Counted from the stretch's first letter, positions 49,789 through 60,761 are shown. The stretch: DNA of 64,000 nucleotides from Candidatus Latescibacterota bacterium (GCA_965203355.1 OZ241889.1:1248001-1312000), one strand, 5' to 3'. Notes: generated by a model not told the origin, from the letters alone. Numbers and translations: made by a program.

Positions 49789-51510
49789 ATGGCAGCCGAT
49801 CGTGGGAAGTTGAGGAGCTCCGACTGGTTTGGGCGCGAGGACAAAGGCGGTTTTATTCATCGCAGTTGGATGAAACGCGGCCTGCCCGAGCACGAATTCG
49901 ACGGGCGCCCGGTCATAGGCATCTGCAACACGTGGTCCGAGCTAACGCCGTGCAATATCCACTTCCGCGACTTGGCCGAAGCCGTCAAACGCGGCGTGTA
50001 CGAAGCCGGAGGGTTGCCCGTGGAATTTCCGGTCACCTCGCTGGGCGAACCCATCATGCGCCCTACGACCATGCTCTTCCGCAACTTGGCGAGCATGGAT
50101 GTGGAGGAGTGCATTCGCGCCAATCCGGTGGACGGCGTGGTGCTTCTGACTGGGTGCGACAAAACCACGCCAGCGTGCTTGATGGGCGCGGCTAGCGTCG
50201 ATCTGCCGACGATTGTCGTGCCCGGTGGCCCCATGCTCAACGGCAAGTACCGCGGCAGCGATATTGGTTCGGGAACGGACGTGTGGAAGTTCAGCGAAGA
50301 CTTGCGCGCTGGGAAGATGACGCGCGAGGAATTCGGGTTGGCCGAGGACGGTATGACGCGCTCGGATGGGCACTGCATGACGATGGGCACAGCATCGACG
50401 ATGGCGTGTATGGTCGAGGCGCTTGGCATGACTCTGCCCGGCGGCGCGGCCATCCCGGCCCCGGACTCGCGGCGCAAGGTGCTGGCACATCTGGCGGGGT
50501 CGCGCATCGTCGAGATGGTGCGCGAAGATCTCAAGATGTCTCACATCCTCGGGCGCGCGGCCTTTGAAAATGCCATTAAGATCAACGCGGCCGTCGGCGG
50601 TTCGACCAACTGCGTCGTCCACTTGCTGGCCCTCGCCGGGCGCGTCGGCGTTGAGTTGTCTGTGGACGATTTCGACCGCCTCGGCAGCGCGCTGCCGCTA
50701 TTGGTCAATTTGATGCCGGCCGGCAAGTATCTGATGGAGGACTTTTACTATGCCGGTGGCTTGCCGGTGGTGATCCAAGAGTTGAAGGACGAATTGCATC
50801 TGGATGTTTTGACGGCGACGGGCAAGTCGCTCGGCGAGAATGTCGCTGGAGCAGTCTGCTACAATCGCGCCGTGATCGCGCCGCTGATCGCGCCGCTGAT
50901 TGAGGCGGCGGGCTTGGCTGTGCTCCGGGGCAATCTCTGCGCGGATGGGGCCATCATCAAGCCGTCGGCCGCTTCGCCCGAGTTGATGCAGCACCGGGGT
51001 CGAGCGGTGGTTTTCGAGACGATTGAGGACTATCACGAACGAATCGACAGCCCCGATTTGGACGTGGATGAGTCGAGCGTATTGGTGCTGCAAAACGTCG
51101 GGCCGGTTGGCTATCCAGGTATGGCCGAGGTCGGCAATATGGGTTTGCCTAAGAAACTGCTGGAAAAGGGCGTCCGGGACATGGTGCGCATTTCCGATGG
51201 CCGCATGAGCGGCACGGCCTACGGCACCGTCGTCTTGCATGTGTCCCCCGAAGCGGCCATTGGTGGGGTGCTGGCGTTGGTGCGCGATGGCGACGTGATC
51301 GAGCTTGATGTGGCGGCCCGGCGGCTGCATCTAGAGGTGTCGGACGAGGAACTGGCGCGTCGCCGGGCCGGTTGGCAGCCGCCCGCGCCCCACGATACCC
51401 GGGGGTACGTCAGCCTCTATATCGACCATGTAATGCAGGCCGACAAAGGAGTTGACTTCGACTTCTTGGTCGGCAAGTCGAGTTCTGTTGTAACGCGCGA
51501 AGCCCATTGA
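49789..51510 (+). CDS. IlvD/Edd family sugar-acid dehydratase (L-arabinonate dehydratase-like)
   Basis: SELTPCN, GCDKT, HCMTMGTAST, GGSTN, SDGRMSGT; SD GGAGG. Confidence 0.9.
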   Translation: MAADRGKLRSSDWFGREDKGGFIHRSWMKRGLPEHEFDGRPVIGICNTWSELTPCNIHFRDLAEAVKRGVYEAGGLPVEFPVTSLGEPIMRPTTMLFRNLASMDVEECIRANPVDGVVLLTGCDKTTPACLMGAASVDLPTIVVPGGPMLNGKYRGSDIGSGTDVWKFSEDLRAGKMTREEFGLAEDGMTRSDGHCMTMGTASTMACMVEALGMTLPGGAAIPAPDSRRKVLAHLAGSRIVEMVREDLKMSHILGRAAFENAIKINAAVGGSTNCVVHLLALAGRVGVELSVDDFDRLGSALPLLVNLMPAGKYLMEDFYYAGGLPVVIQELKDELHLDVLTATGKSLGENVAGAVCYNRAVIAPLIAPLIEAAGLAVLRGNLCADGAIIKPSAASPELMQHRGRAVVFETIEDYHERIDSPDLDVDESSVLVLQNVGPVGYPGMAEVGNMGLPKKLLEKGVRDMVRISDGRMSGTAYGTVVLHVSPEAAIGGVLALVRDGDVIELDVAARRLHLEVSDEELARRRAGWQPPAPHDTRGYVSLYIDHVMQADKGVDFDFLVGKSSSVVTREAH

Positions 51511-51525
51511 CGAAAGGACGCGACG

Positions 51526-52665
51526 ATGAAGATCGCCAAGATTGAACAATTTTTCCCTCGCCCGCGCATGCGCTTGGTCAAAATGACTACGGACAACGGA
51601 ATAGTTGGCTGGGGCGAGACGACTCTCGAGGGCAAGCCCAAGAGTACTTGGGCAGCGGTCGAAGAGTTGGCCGAGTATTTCGTCGGCAAGGATCCGCTCC
51701 GCATTGAGCACCACTGGCAGCACGTCTATCGCTCGGCCTTTTTCCGCGGCGGCAATGTACTGATGAGCGCACTGGCGGGTATTGACCAGGCACTGTGGGA
51801 CATCGCCGGCAAGTACTACAACGTCCCCGCCTATATGCTTTTGGGCGGGGCGGTGCGCGACCGAATTCGCGTGTACGCTCACTGGGGAATTCGCGGCCAA
51901 AGCGACGACGCACTGGCCGCGGCGCGCAATCGGCTCGACATGCTGTTGGCCCAAGGCTATACGGCCTTTAAGGCCGGGCCGGGGGGCACGTGGCGCGCTC
52001 ACGAGCCTCCGGCGCGGATCGATGCCTTTGTCAAAGACGCCTATACCATGCGCGAATGGGTCGGCGACGAGGTAGAGTTGTGCTTTGACTTCCACGGCAA
52101 GATGACGCCGGGGCTAGCCATTGAGGTGTGTGGCCAGCTTGCGGGGATGCGGCCGATGTTCGTCGAAGAGCCGATTCCACAGGAGAATGTCGATGCGCTG
52201 AAGGAGGTTTCCGACCACGTGCCGTTTCCCATTGCCACGGGCGAGCGCTTGCTCTCGCGCTGGGAGTTCCGCGAGATTTTTGAAAAGCAGGCCGCGTCCT
52301 ACATCCAGCCCGATGGCTCGCACGCGGGCGGGATCACCGAACTGAAAAAGATCGCCAATATGGCCGAGGTTTATTACATCCACATCATGCCGCACTGTGC
52401 TATCGGCCCGGTGGCCTTTTCCGCCTGTATGCAGGTTGATGCGGCAGTGCCCAATTTCTTGGTGCAGGAACAGATTGACGCCGGGCTGGGCGAGGGGCTA
52501 CTCGTCGAGCCGTGGCAGGTAATTGACGGCCACGTCGAATTGCCGACCAAGCCGGGGCTGGGATTTGACCTGATCGCATCCGAGGTCGAAAAGACGATCG
52601 AATACTCAGAGGAACTGGGCGGCGAACTTTACTATGAAAACGACGGCAGCGTCGCGGATTGGTAG
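51526..52665 (+). CDS. dgoD: Galactonate dehydratase-like enolase-family enzyme
   Basis: GWGE..LEG, FFRGG, DFHG, EEP, TGER, PHC. Confidence 0.75.
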   Translation: MKIAKIEQFFPRPRMRLVKMTTDNGIVGWGETTLEGKPKSTWAAVEELAEYFVGKDPLRIEHHWQHVYRSAFFRGGNVLMSALAGIDQALWDIAGKYYNVPAYMLLGGAVRDRIRVYAHWGIRGQSDDALAAARNRLDMLLAQGYTAFKAGPGGTWRAHEPPARIDAFVKDAYTMREWVGDEVELCFDFHGKMTPGLAIEVCGQLAGMRPMFVEEPIPQENVDALKEVSDHVPFPIATGERLLSRWEFREIFEKQAASYIQPDGSHAGGITELKKIANMAEVYYIHIMPHCAIGPVAFSACMQVDAAVPNFLVQEQIDAGLGEGLLVEPWQVIDGHVELPTKPGLGFDLIASEVEKTIEYSEELGGELYYENDGSVADW

Positions 52666-52694
52666 TTATGCGTATCGTGAAACGTTGATAGGGC

Positions 52695-53615
52695 ATGGCC
52701 GACTTTGATATTGTTTCCAAGTATTTGGTGCATCACTACCCCGACGATTTCGCTCGCTTTGTCCTCGGGCGCGACCACGTGGAGGTCGTCGAAGTGATTG
52801 ACCCCGAGCAACTCACCGTTGAGGCGAGGCAGACCGATAGTGTGCTGCGGGTGCGATTGGGTGGCGACGAGGTCCTCGTCCACACCGAGTTTCAAGCCAC
52901 CGATAGTACGCAGCCGCCGATGGCGAGGCGGATGGTCGGCTACATCGGTCGAGCCGTTGAGCAACACGGCCTGCCGGTGGTCTCCAGCGTCATCTACCTG
53001 CGGCCGGGGGCCGGTCGGCGCGATCCAGGCCGTTATCTACAGGATCGTCCCGGCCATCGCATTTTGATAGAGTACCAGGTGATCCGGCTGAGCCAGCTAG
53101 ACGGCCATCGCATCCTCAAGTCGGGGCCTGTGGGATTGCTGCCGTTTGTACCGTTGATGCGGCCGACAGCGCAGCCAGCGGATTGGCTGCAGACCTGCGT
53201 CCGCGAGGTGCAGGTGCGGCCGCTGGATCGAGCGACGAAAGCCGATTGTCTCGCCGGCATGTCGCTGCTGAGCGGATTAGTGTATGCACGAGAAACCGTT
53301 TCTGCCATTTTTTTTAAGGAGGGCCTAATGGATATTATCCGCGAATCACCCGTTGCCCAATACCTGACCCAGCAAGGCATTGAGCAAGGTATTGAGCAAG
53401 GCATTGAGCAAGGCATTGAGCAAGGGGGCCGAGAACGCGCCATTGAAGATCTGCTCGACGTGTTGGAGGTTCGCTTTGCACTCAGCGCGGCGGATCCGTT
53501 GGCCGCTCGCATACGGGGTATTGAGGATTTGCAGCGTCTCAAGCAGTTGCATCGGGCGGCGATCCAAGTAGAAAGTCTGGGGGCATTCCAGCCCCTCCTA
53601 GACGCCGACGAATAG
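52695..53615 (+). CDS. Rpn-like (PD-(D/E)XK) nuclease / putative transposase family protein
   Basis: D...K.L, QTDSVL, HTEFQ, MARRM..Y, VIYL, LLPFVPL, QGIE repeats. Confidence 0.82.
   Translation: MADFDIVSKYLVHHYPDDFARFVLGRDHVEVVEVIDPEQLTVEARQTDSVLRVRLGGDEVLVHTEFQATDSTQPPMARRMVGYIGRAVEQHGLPVVSSVIYLRPGAGRRDPGRYLQDRPGHRILIEYQVIRLSQLDGHRILKSGPVGLLPFVPLMRPTAQPADWLQTCVREVQVRPLDRATKADCLAGMSLLSGLVYARETVSAIFFKEGLMDIIRESPVAQYLTQQGIEQGIEQGIEQGIEQGGRERAIEDLLDVLEVRFALSAADPLAARIRGIEDLQRLKQLHRAAIQVESLGAFQPLLDADE
53316..53330 (+). promoter_or_regulatory. Internal Shine-Dalgarno and in-frame ATG within the Rpn gene
   Basis: T-rich tract, then AAGGAGG (53316-53322), 5 nt, ATG at 53328, in frame. Confidence 0.7.
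53371..53425 (+). repeat. 12-bp coding tandem repeat (QGIE x4)
   Basis: AGCAAGG(C/T)ATTG x4 plus a partial unit. Confidence 0.95.
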
Positions 53616-53655
53616 GGCCATCGCGTAATATCAGTGGAAGCCGCGGATTGATAAC

Positions 53656-54024
53656 ATGCGCCGCCGTGCGTTTGAAGAGTTGGTGGAAAAGGCACTTCTG
53701 CGCTTGCCTGAGGAGTGCCGCCGAGTGTTGGGCAACCTAGCCATCGTCGTCGAGGATTGGCCCGATCCCGAGTTGGTCGCAGAGATTACCGGTGATCCAG
53801 AAGAAGTGCTCTACGGGCTTTTCACGGGTACGCCTTTGCCCGAGCGCCGCCTCGAAGACAGCGGCGATCTGCCGCCGGTAATTGCGCTCTATCAGGGGCC
53901 TTTGGAGGAGGACTTCCCCGATTTAGGCGAATTGGCGCGAGAGGTGGAGACCACCTTGGTACACGAGCTAGCGCACTTTATGGGCTTTGACGAGGACGCA
54001 GTTAAAAAATACGGTTATGAATAG
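53656..54024 (+). CDS. Zincin-like metallopeptidase family protein
   Basis: LYGLFTGTP, IALYQGP, HELAHFMG. Confidence 0.88.
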   Translation: MRRRAFEELVEKALLRLPEECRRVLGNLAIVVEDWPDPELVAEITGDPEEVLYGLFTGTPLPERRLEDSGDLPPVIALYQGPLEEDFPDLGELAREVETTLVHELAHFMGFDEDAVKKYGYE

Positions 54025-54964
54025 CATGGGCTTGCAAAAGGCCCTCGACGGGCGCGAGTTAGACGCCTTGGCAACTCTGCTGCGCCAGCACCCTCATCTG
54101 GTACACCACCGAGTCGAATGCGCGCACGGGCAGAGCTGTACCCCCTTGCAGTACGCCGACCGCATCGCCGCTGGCTTGGACGTCATGCGCCTGTTGGTCG
54201 AATGCGGTGCCGATAGGAGCGAATTGAACGGAGCACTCTTTGGGTGTTGTGAAAACCACAATCTAGACCACATGCAGCGCCTATTGAAGCTGGGCGTCCA
54301 CCCCGACGACGCGTACAACGAAGGCTGGGACTGCCGCGTCCTCTACGGGTTTTTGCAGACGTATCACCGCTCGCCTCCTGCCCATCTGCATGTCTGCATC
54401 GAAGCACTCATCGCAGCGGGGGCGACCTTTGAGGACGGGCCGACGATGGACATTCACCGAGGGCGCCTCGACCAACTGGAGCAGCGCCTCGATAGCTGCC
54501 CAGACCTAGTTGAGGCGCGCTTCTGGCTCGACTATGGCGACCATCTCACGCTGCGGGGCGTCACCCTCCTGCACGTGGCGGTCGAATATCGCGAACTGGA
54601 TGCGGTGAACCTGCTGCTGAGGCGCGGTGCCGACTTGAATGCCCGCGCCGCGGTCGGCCGCAACGGCGTGGGCGGTCAGACGCCCCTCTTCCACGCCATT
54701 GGTGCCAATCAAGGAACGGGTTGGGAGACCTTCGAGTGCCTGTTGGACCAAGGAGCGGATTTGACGGTTAGAGCACGCATCCAGCGCAACCCGGCGGCTG
54801 ACGACAAGGTGATGGACTGCATCCACAAGGGGCGGGACCACTTTTTCCCCGAAGTTGAAGAACTAACGCCACTCGGCTATGCCCTGCGCCACGAATCTGG
54901 CCCAGCTTGGCGCGCCACCCCGTGCGAAGTGGCCCGGCTGCGAGCACTACAGGCCCCGGTGTAA
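54017..54964 (+). CDS. Ankyrin-repeat-containing protein
   Basis: TLLHVA...LLLRRGADLNA, GQTPLFHA, TPLGYA. Confidence 0.8.
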   Translation: MNSMGLQKALDGRELDALATLLRQHPHLVHHRVECAHGQSCTPLQYADRIAAGLDVMRLLVECGADRSELNGALFGCCENHNLDHMQRLLKLGVHPDDAYNEGWDCRVLYGFLQTYHRSPPAHLHVCIEALIAAGATFEDGPTMDIHRGRLDQLEQRLDSCPDLVEARFWLDYGDHLTLRGVTLLHVAVEYRELDAVNLLLRRGADLNARAAVGRNGVGGQTPLFHAIGANQGTGWETFECLLDQGADLTVRARIQRNPAADDKVMDCIHKGRDHFFPEVEELTPLGYALRHESGPAWRATPCEVARLRALQAPV

Positions 54965-55054
54965 CTTCGCCGCGCCTAGGCGGTTGCCTCTATCGGGGAT
55001 ATGGTTTAATTTTTTTAAACTTCGCAACACACATTTATCCAAGTAGCTTTTCCC

Positions 55055-56767
55055 GTGAATGCACCTAACCACGACATACTGATCGTAGGCGGTGGTGGTG
55101 CGGGTCTGCGGGCGGCAATTGCTGCTGTCGAGCTCGATCCGAACCTCAGCGTTGGCTTAGTATCCAAAGTGTACCCGATGCGCAGCCACACGGTGTCAGC
55201 CGAGGGCGGCTCCGCAGCGGTGATACGCGACGAAGACGACAGCTTCGACTCCCATGCCTTCGACACCATCAAGGGCAGCGACTTTCTCGCCGACCAAGAC
55301 GTAGTCGAGGTCTTCGTCAAGGAAGCCCGCGACGAGTTGATTCAATTGGAGCATTGGGGCTGTCCTTGGAGCCGCGACGACGATGGGCGGATTAGCGTGC
55401 GTGCTTTCGGTGGCATGTCGGTCAAGCGCACCCTGTACGCGGCCGACAAGACCGGCTTCCACATGTTGCACGCTCTTTTCCAGACCTCGCTCAAATACGA
55501 TCGCATCCATCGCTACGACGAGTGGTTTGGGACGCGGCTGCTGATCGACGACAACGGCGCGGCCTGCGGCGTGGCAGCGATCAACATGCGCTCCGGTGCC
55601 ATGCAGGCCATTCCCGCCAAGGCCGTGATCATCTGCACGGGCGGCGGCGGGCGCATTTTTCCCTTTACGACCAATGCCGCCATCAAGACTGGCGACGGCA
55701 TGTCCATGGCCTACCGAGCGGGCTGTCCTCTCAAAGACATGGAATTTGTCCAGTACCATCCCACCGGGTTGCCGGGCACGGGCATCCTGATGACTGAGGC
55801 ATCGCGCGGCGAAGGGGGGCACCTGATCAACAACAAAGGCGACCGCTACCTCAGCGAATACCTGCCCGACAAGATGGAGTTAGGCCCGCGCGACATGGTT
55901 TCACGGGCATTCGTCCACGAGGAGCGCGCCGGGCGGGTCTTTTCCGGCCCGTATGGCACCTACGTCCATCTTGATTTGCGGCACTTGGGCGAAAAGAAAA
56001 TCGACGAGCGCATCCCCTTCGTGCGCGAGCTGACCAAAAACTACGTGGGCCTTGACCCGGTGTACGAGCCAGTGCCCGTGCGTCCGGTGGTCCACTACAT
56101 GATGGGCGGCATTCACACCGACATTACTACGGCGACGCCAATCCCGGGCTTGTACGCGGCCGGGGAGACGGCCTGTGTCACCATCAACGGAGCCAATCGC
56201 CTCGGATCCAACTCGCTGTCCGAGCTTTTGGTCTTCGGTGCGCGGGCTGGTCGCTACGCCGCGGAGTACGCCGCGGAGGTCAATTCACCATCGTACGACA
56301 GCTTGGAGAAGATGGCTGCCGACGAGTGGCAGCGGATTAAACAGGCGTTTTTCAAAAAAGAGGGCAGCGAGCGCATCGCCGACATTCGCTCGGATCTGCA
56401 GAAGACGATGGAGCAAGGGGCGGGCATCTACCGCGAACAGGAGAGCCTAGAGGCGACCCGCGCCGAACTGCCCAAGCTCAAGGAACGCTACGCGCGCGTC
56501 CAAGTTGACGATAGCTCGTCGGTCTTCAACACCGAACTGACGGCCGCGTTGGAGTTAGGCTCGCTGCTCGACGTGGCCGAGACCGTGGCCCATTCGGCGC
56601 TGCTGCGCCGAGAGTCGCGCGGTTCGCATTCGCGCCTAGACTACGAAGCGCGCGACGACGAAAACTTTCTCTGCCACTCCTTGGCCTATCGCACCGATGG
56701 CGAGCCGCGCATTGAATACCAAGATGTCGTCATCACTCGCTGGCAGCCCCAAGAGCGCACCTACTGA
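55055..56767 (+). CDS. frdA: Fumarate reductase/succinate dehydrogenase flavoprotein
   Basis: [47 protein letters not shown]. Confidence 0.93.
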   Translation: MNAPNHDILIVGGGGAGLRAAIAAVELDPNLSVGLVSKVYPMRSHTVSAEGGSAAVIRDEDDSFDSHAFDTIKGSDFLADQDVVEVFVKEARDELIQLEHWGCPWSRDDDGRISVRAFGGMSVKRTLYAADKTGFHMLHALFQTSLKYDRIHRYDEWFGTRLLIDDNGAACGVAAINMRSGAMQAIPAKAVIICTGGGGRIFPFTTNAAIKTGDGMSMAYRAGCPLKDMEFVQYHPTGLPGTGILMTEASRGEGGHLINNKGDRYLSEYLPDKMELGPRDMVSRAFVHEERAGRVFSGPYGTYVHLDLRHLGEKKIDERIPFVRELTKNYVGLDPVYEPVPVRPVVHYMMGGIHTDITTATPIPGLYAAGETACVTINGANRLGSNSLSELLVFGARAGRYAAEYAAEVNSPSYDSLEKMAADEWQRIKQAFFKKEGSERIADIRSDLQKTMEQGAGIYREQESLEATRAELPKLKERYARVQVDDSSSVFNTELTAALELGSLLDVAETVAHSALLRRESRGSHSRLDYEARDDENFLCHSLAYRTDGEPRIEYQDVVITRWQPQERTY

Positions 56768-56779
56768 TTGAGAGGAGCT

Positions 56780-57526
56780 ATGAGCGATAAGACCATTGGC
56801 ATCCGGGTGACCCGCTTTCGGCCCGAGCAGGAGGACGCACCCACCGAGCAAGTGTACGAGGTTCCCTATCAGGAGGACTGGGTTGTCCTCGACGCGCTCA
56901 ACTACATCAAAGACCACATTGACGGCACCCTTTCGTACCGCTGGTCTTGTCGCATGGGCGTGTGCGGCTCTTGCGGTATGATGGTCAACGGCGAGCCTAA
57001 GTTGACTTGCGCGGCTTTTCTCAAGGACTACTACCCGAATGAACTGGTGGTCCAGCCACTCGCCCACTTTCCCATCATCCGCGACTTGGTCGTCGATATA
57101 GACGATTTCATGGACAAGCTCAAGGCGGTCCAGCCGTGGATCATTCGCACGGAAGAAAAGCCGGTCGCCGAAGGCGAATACTTACAATCTCCTGCGGAGC
57201 TAAAGGAGTTCAAGCAGTTTAGTCAGTGTATCAACTGCCTGTTGTGCTACGCGGCTTGTCCCGTCTATGGTTTAGAAGACGTCTTCGTCGGCCCCGCGGC
57301 CCTCGCACTGTCCTACCGCTACAACCTTGATTCGCGCGACGAAGGCTATGCCCAACGCACGGTCGTCGCCGCTAGCAGCGAGGGCATCTGGGAATGCACC
57401 TTTATCGGTGAATGCTCGGTCGTATGTCCCAAGGACGTGGATCCAGCCGCCGCCATCCAGCGCACCAAAGTCGAGACCACGACTAACTGGTTCAAATCCT
57501 TTCTCATGCCTTGGGGGAACAAATGA
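56780..57526 (+). CDS. frdB: Fumarate reductase iron-sulfur subunit
   Basis: [34 protein letters not shown]. Confidence 0.93.
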   Translation: MSDKTIGIRVTRFRPEQEDAPTEQVYEVPYQEDWVVLDALNYIKDHIDGTLSYRWSCRMGVCGSCGMMVNGEPKLTCAAFLKDYYPNELVVQPLAHFPIIRDLVVDIDDFMDKLKAVQPWIIRTEEKPVAEGEYLQSPAELKEFKQFSQCINCLLCYAACPVYGLEDVFVGPAALALSYRYNLDSRDEGYAQRTVVAASSEGIWECTFIGECSVVCPKDVDPAAAIQRTKVETTTNWFKSFLMPWGNK

Positions 57527-57927
57527 GCCAGTCATACGAAACCTACAAGCCAAAGCTATCGCCGACTTGGTGGCTGAAAAATCGCAACTACTTCCTATTT
57601 ATGATGCGCGAATTGAGCAGCGTCTTCATAGCGGCCTTCGTCCTCCTTTTTCTTTACCAGCTCTTTGCGCTGGCCAGTGGGGAGAATGCGTATGCAGCTT
57701 GCCGCGCCAAACTGACGACGCCGGCGTTTGTGGCTTTTTACGCGGTGGCATTCGTCTTTGCGCTCTACCACACGATCACTTGGCTGGGGGTAATGGGTCG
57801 AGTCCAAGTCGTGCGGATGGGCGCGTTTACCGTGCCGCCCAAGTTGGTAACGGCTGGTGCCTTCGTCGGGTTTTTCGTCGTGTCAGCGGCCGTCGGCTGC
57901 ATTTTCCTGTATGTGCTATCGCCATGA
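57523..57927 (+). CDS. frdC: Fumarate reductase membrane anchor subunit C
   Basis: WW...[13 protein letters not shown]; three TM segments; ATGA coupling. Confidence 0.85.
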   Translation: MSQSYETYKPKLSPTWWLKNRNYFLFMMRELSSVFIAAFVLLFLYQLFALASGENAYAACRAKLTTPAFVAFYAVAFVFALYHTITWLGVMGRVQVVRMGAFTVPPKLVTAGAFVGFFVVSAAVGCIFLYVLSP

Positions 57928-58289
57928 TGAGCTACAAACAAGACAAAACCGAACCTTTCTGGTGGGGCCTGTTTTCCGCTGGTGGCGTGGTAGCCGCCAT
58001 GCTGATCCCCGTGCTGATCTACTTCGTCGGACTGGCCGAGCCGCTGGGCTTGATCGGCGCGGAAGTGAGTCAATACGAGGCCATGCGCGAGTTGCTCAGC
58101 CACCCGCTGGCTAGGGTGTTATTTTTCGTCGTGGCCGTCCTACCGCTCTACCACGCAGCACACCGCATCCGCTTCATGCTCCACGAATTTGGGCTGCGGA
58201 AGTTGATCCTTCCCATTCACTACTTATGCTACGGCGGTGCCATAGTCGGCACTGGACTGGCGGCTTACCTCCTCTTTTATCGGCTCTAA
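57924..58289 (+). CDS. frdD: Fumarate reductase membrane anchor subunit D
   Basis: EPFWWGLFSAGG, HAAHRIR, CYG. Confidence 0.88.
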   Translation: MMSYKQDKTEPFWWGLFSAGGVVAAMLIPVLIYFVGLAEPLGLIGAEVSQYEAMRELLSHPLARVLFFVVAVLPLYHAAHRIRFMLHEFGLRKLILPIHYLCYGGAIVGTGLAAYLLFYRL

Positions 58290-58310
58290 TCGTCGGCCCC
58301 GATGGGTGCA

Positions 58311-59447
58311 ATGAAACCGACGCTGCAATCGCGCATCCGCGGCTCGGTGCTCGCCGCGGCTTGGGGAGACGCCTTGGGTGCGCCGTTTGAGTTCGCGCCG
58401 CCAGACGCCGTTGAAAAGCGCACGGGTAAGAAGTGGCTGGCACGGCTTCATCCATGCACCGGGAAAAAGGGGCCGCATGGGATGTGGGTGGACGAAGCTC
58501 CAGTGGGTACGGGCACTGACGATGTGCGCTACAATTATCTCTTTATGGAACTGGCTGTCGAATTAGGGAGGATGCCAAGGGATCGGGAAGTGGCGCGGCG
58601 CTTGTTGGACGTGTATGAGCGGCCCGAAGTTTTTTTCCCCAGCAATGCCGAACTGGCGCGCGAGCAGTTTGATCTGTGGGAAGGGGTTAGCCGCGGCTGT
58701 CTGGGGGAGAAGTCGCCGCGTTACCCGGGAGTGCCACCGGCGGTGCTCGCCACGCGGAGCATCGGACTCAACTATCCCACGCTGGCTGGGCTGTTAGTGT
58801 TGCCAGCGGCCGGCCTGCTCTTTCCCGGCGATCCCGCCGAAGCCTATCGCGCTGCTTATGAGGCGGATTTTTTTGCGATTGGCTACGCCCGTGAGGCCAC
58901 CGCGCTATTGGCGGCGGCGCAAGGTGCGGCATTGGCCGATATGTCGCCGCCGACATTGGTCGACGTCGTATTGGCGCTGGACCCGCTATACTTGGGAGGA
59001 TATTTCGGGGACGCTTTCATCCGGCAGAAACTGCCGCCGCTACTGGCGAGAGCCGCCGGTAAAAGAGCCGAGCAATTGGCCGAGTTCCTTGCGTGGGAAC
59101 TGCGCCATTTCAGCGTCTTCGATCCCTTCCGGGCGTTGGCCATTGCCTTTGCCGCGCTCTTGTCCCATTCCGATGACCCGTCCCTCGCGTTGCAAGTGGC
59201 GGCCAACCAAGGTGATCTCGACGAGGAAGGGCACTGGAGCCGCTACGCGGATATCGACTGCTATGCCGGGATTACCGGGGCACTAGTAGGGGCTTGTTGC
59301 GGCGACAATGCGCTGCCAGCAGACGTGGTCGGACAGGTCGTCGCGGGAAACAAGGCCGTGTACGGATTTGACTTGGAGGCGACGATTGCGCGTTTCGCGC
59401 GCTTAGTGGTCGCAAAGCAAGAAAAGGAAGAACGCCAATGCCCATAG
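58311..59447 (+). CDS. ADP-ribosylglycohydrolase family protein
   Basis: GDALGAPFEF, GTGTDD, DIDC..ITGALVGA. Confidence 0.8.
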   Translation: MKPTLQSRIRGSVLAAAWGDALGAPFEFAPPDAVEKRTGKKWLARLHPCTGKKGPHGMWVDEAPVGTGTDDVRYNYLFMELAVELGRMPRDREVARRLLDVYERPEVFFPSNAELAREQFDLWEGVSRGCLGEKSPRYPGVPPAVLATRSIGLNYPTLAGLLVLPAAGLLFPGDPAEAYRAAYEADFFAIGYAREATALLAAAQGAALADMSPPTLVDVVLALDPLYLGGYFGDAFIRQKLPPLLARAAGKRAEQLAEFLAWELRHFSVFDPFRALAIAFAALLSHSDDPSLALQVAANQGDLDEEGHWSRYADIDCYAGITGALVGACCGDNALPADVVGQVVAGNKAVYGFDLEATIARFARLVVAKQEKEERQCP

Positions 59448-59860
59448 GAGACAAAAACGCCATAATCGCCGGCTGCGGAATGCATCACGTGGCCGTGCAG
59501 ACGCGCGATTGGGAAACGTCGCTGAGCTTTTATCGAGATGTGCTGGGGATGGAGGTGGTCGCCGAATTTGGCTCTCCTGAGCGCAAGATCGCGCTCTTGG
59601 ATGCAGGCGACGGAAGCCACCTTGAGCTCTTCGCCCCCACGGCTGAGTCGCCCGCACCTGGAGCCGAAAGCCCTAACGATCCGGTGACGCATTTTGCCTT
59701 GGCGGTTACAGATGCGTACGCCGCCACTGAGCGGGTGCGAGCGGCCGGATGCGAGATCACGGTTGAACCCAAGGAACTGACGCTGGACAGGCTGAACGTG
59801 ACGATTGCCTTTTTCAAAGGCCCCAATGGCGAAGTCGTGGAGTTTTTCCAGACTCGCTAG
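59438..59860 (+). CDS. VOC/glyoxalase family protein
   Basis: HHVAV...FYRDVLG, LELF, HFALAV, GPNGEVVEF. Confidence 0.9.
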   Translation: MPIGDKNAIIAGCGMHHVAVQTRDWETSLSFYRDVLGMEVVAEFGSPERKIALLDAGDGSHLELFAPTAESPAPGAESPNDPVTHFALAVTDAYAATERVRAAGCEITVEPKELTLDRLNVTIAFFKGPNGEVVEFFQTR

Positions 59861-59873
59861 GCTGGGTTGGCAT

Positions 59874-59907
59874 AAAAAAGCGCAGGCCCCCGGGGGCCTG
59901 CGCTTTT
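59874..59907. terminator. Bidirectional intrinsic terminator
   Basis: AAAAGCGCAGGCCC/GGGCCTGCGCTTTT between convergent genes. Confidence 0.88.
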
Positions 59908-59926
59908 CGCGTTTGTCTGGTAGGGA

Positions 59927-60166
59927 TTATTGCGGAGTTTCGGTTTGGGGGGCTGCTCCGATGATGACTACGTCTCGGGCTTGCAGGCCCTTGGGGCTAG
60001 CGACCGTTTCAAATTCCACCTGCTGACCTTCTTCTAGAGAGCGGAAACCATCGCCGCGAATCGCGCTGTAGTGGACGAAGACGTCGTCTTGTCCTTCGCG
60101 CTGAATAAAACCAAACCCCTTGGAACTATCGAACCATTTGACGGATCCACTTTGACGTTCGGACAT
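59927..60166 (-). CDS. Cold-shock protein
   Basis: [22 protein letters not shown]. Confidence 0.97.
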   Translation of the reverse strand: MSERQSGSVKWFDSSKGFGFIQREGQDDVFVHYSAIRGDGFRSLEEGQQVEFETVASPKGLQARDVVIIGAAPQTETPQ

Positions 60167-60252
60167 GATGAAGGTTACCTCCCTTCGATTGCTAATGGCG
60201 TTGAACTGAGCGTTCCAAACTGGGCTTAAGGCAGAGTTGCTTGTAAAAAGAC

Positions 60253-60510
60253 CTAGCGCGAACTACGCCGGCCAGGCCGGCCCGTGCTGCGTGCGCCGAA
60301 GGCAAAGCCGGCCTCGGCCATGCGAATGGCCTTTTGCTGTCGGCGGATGCTCTTTTGGCGGTTGATCTTTTTTTGGACCGAGGGTTTAGTATAGAAACGC
60401 CGCTTTTTTAAGTCGCGCAACAAGCCGGTTTTGCGGGTTTTGGACGTAAAGCGCCGTAGTGCTTTTTCAAAGGGTTCGTCCGCTCGGACCTCGACGCTGA
60501 AATTGCTCAT
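60253..60510 (-). CDS. rpsU: 30S ribosomal protein S21
   Basis: [10 protein letters not shown]...RRFYTKPS. Confidence 0.92.
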   Translation of the reverse strand: MSNFSVEVRADEPFEKALRRFTSKTRKTGLLRDLKKRRFYTKPSVQKKINRQKSIRRQQKAIRMAEAGFAFGARSTGRPGRRSSR

Positions 60511-60558
60511 ATGCTGCTCCTAACTCTTGGCCTTTAAGTGCCTGCCTAAGAAAAACAT

Positions 60559-60587
60559 ATTTTACGCTATGGGTGGCTCTTAGTCAA
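60559..60587 (-). promoter_or_regulatory. Sigma70 promoter for rpsU
   Basis: TTGACT, 17 nt, TAAAAT on the minus strand. Confidence 0.65.
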
Positions 60588-60761
60588 GAGCGGTCTTGCC
60601 AGCCGCGCTGAGCCAAGGCGATTACAAAATAGTTGCGATTTTGGCCAGATAGCCTTTTTTTGTAATTCGTAAAAAGACTCCCCTACTTTAGAGAGAAGTC
60701 GCGCTTCGTCGTTCGACTTCCATACTCCATACTTCCTCTATCTCGCACGTAAGGAGATGCC

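Noticed and set aside
52695-53615. IS element
   Set aside because: No terminal inverted repeats or target duplication seen; the Rpn family is not a demonstrated transposase
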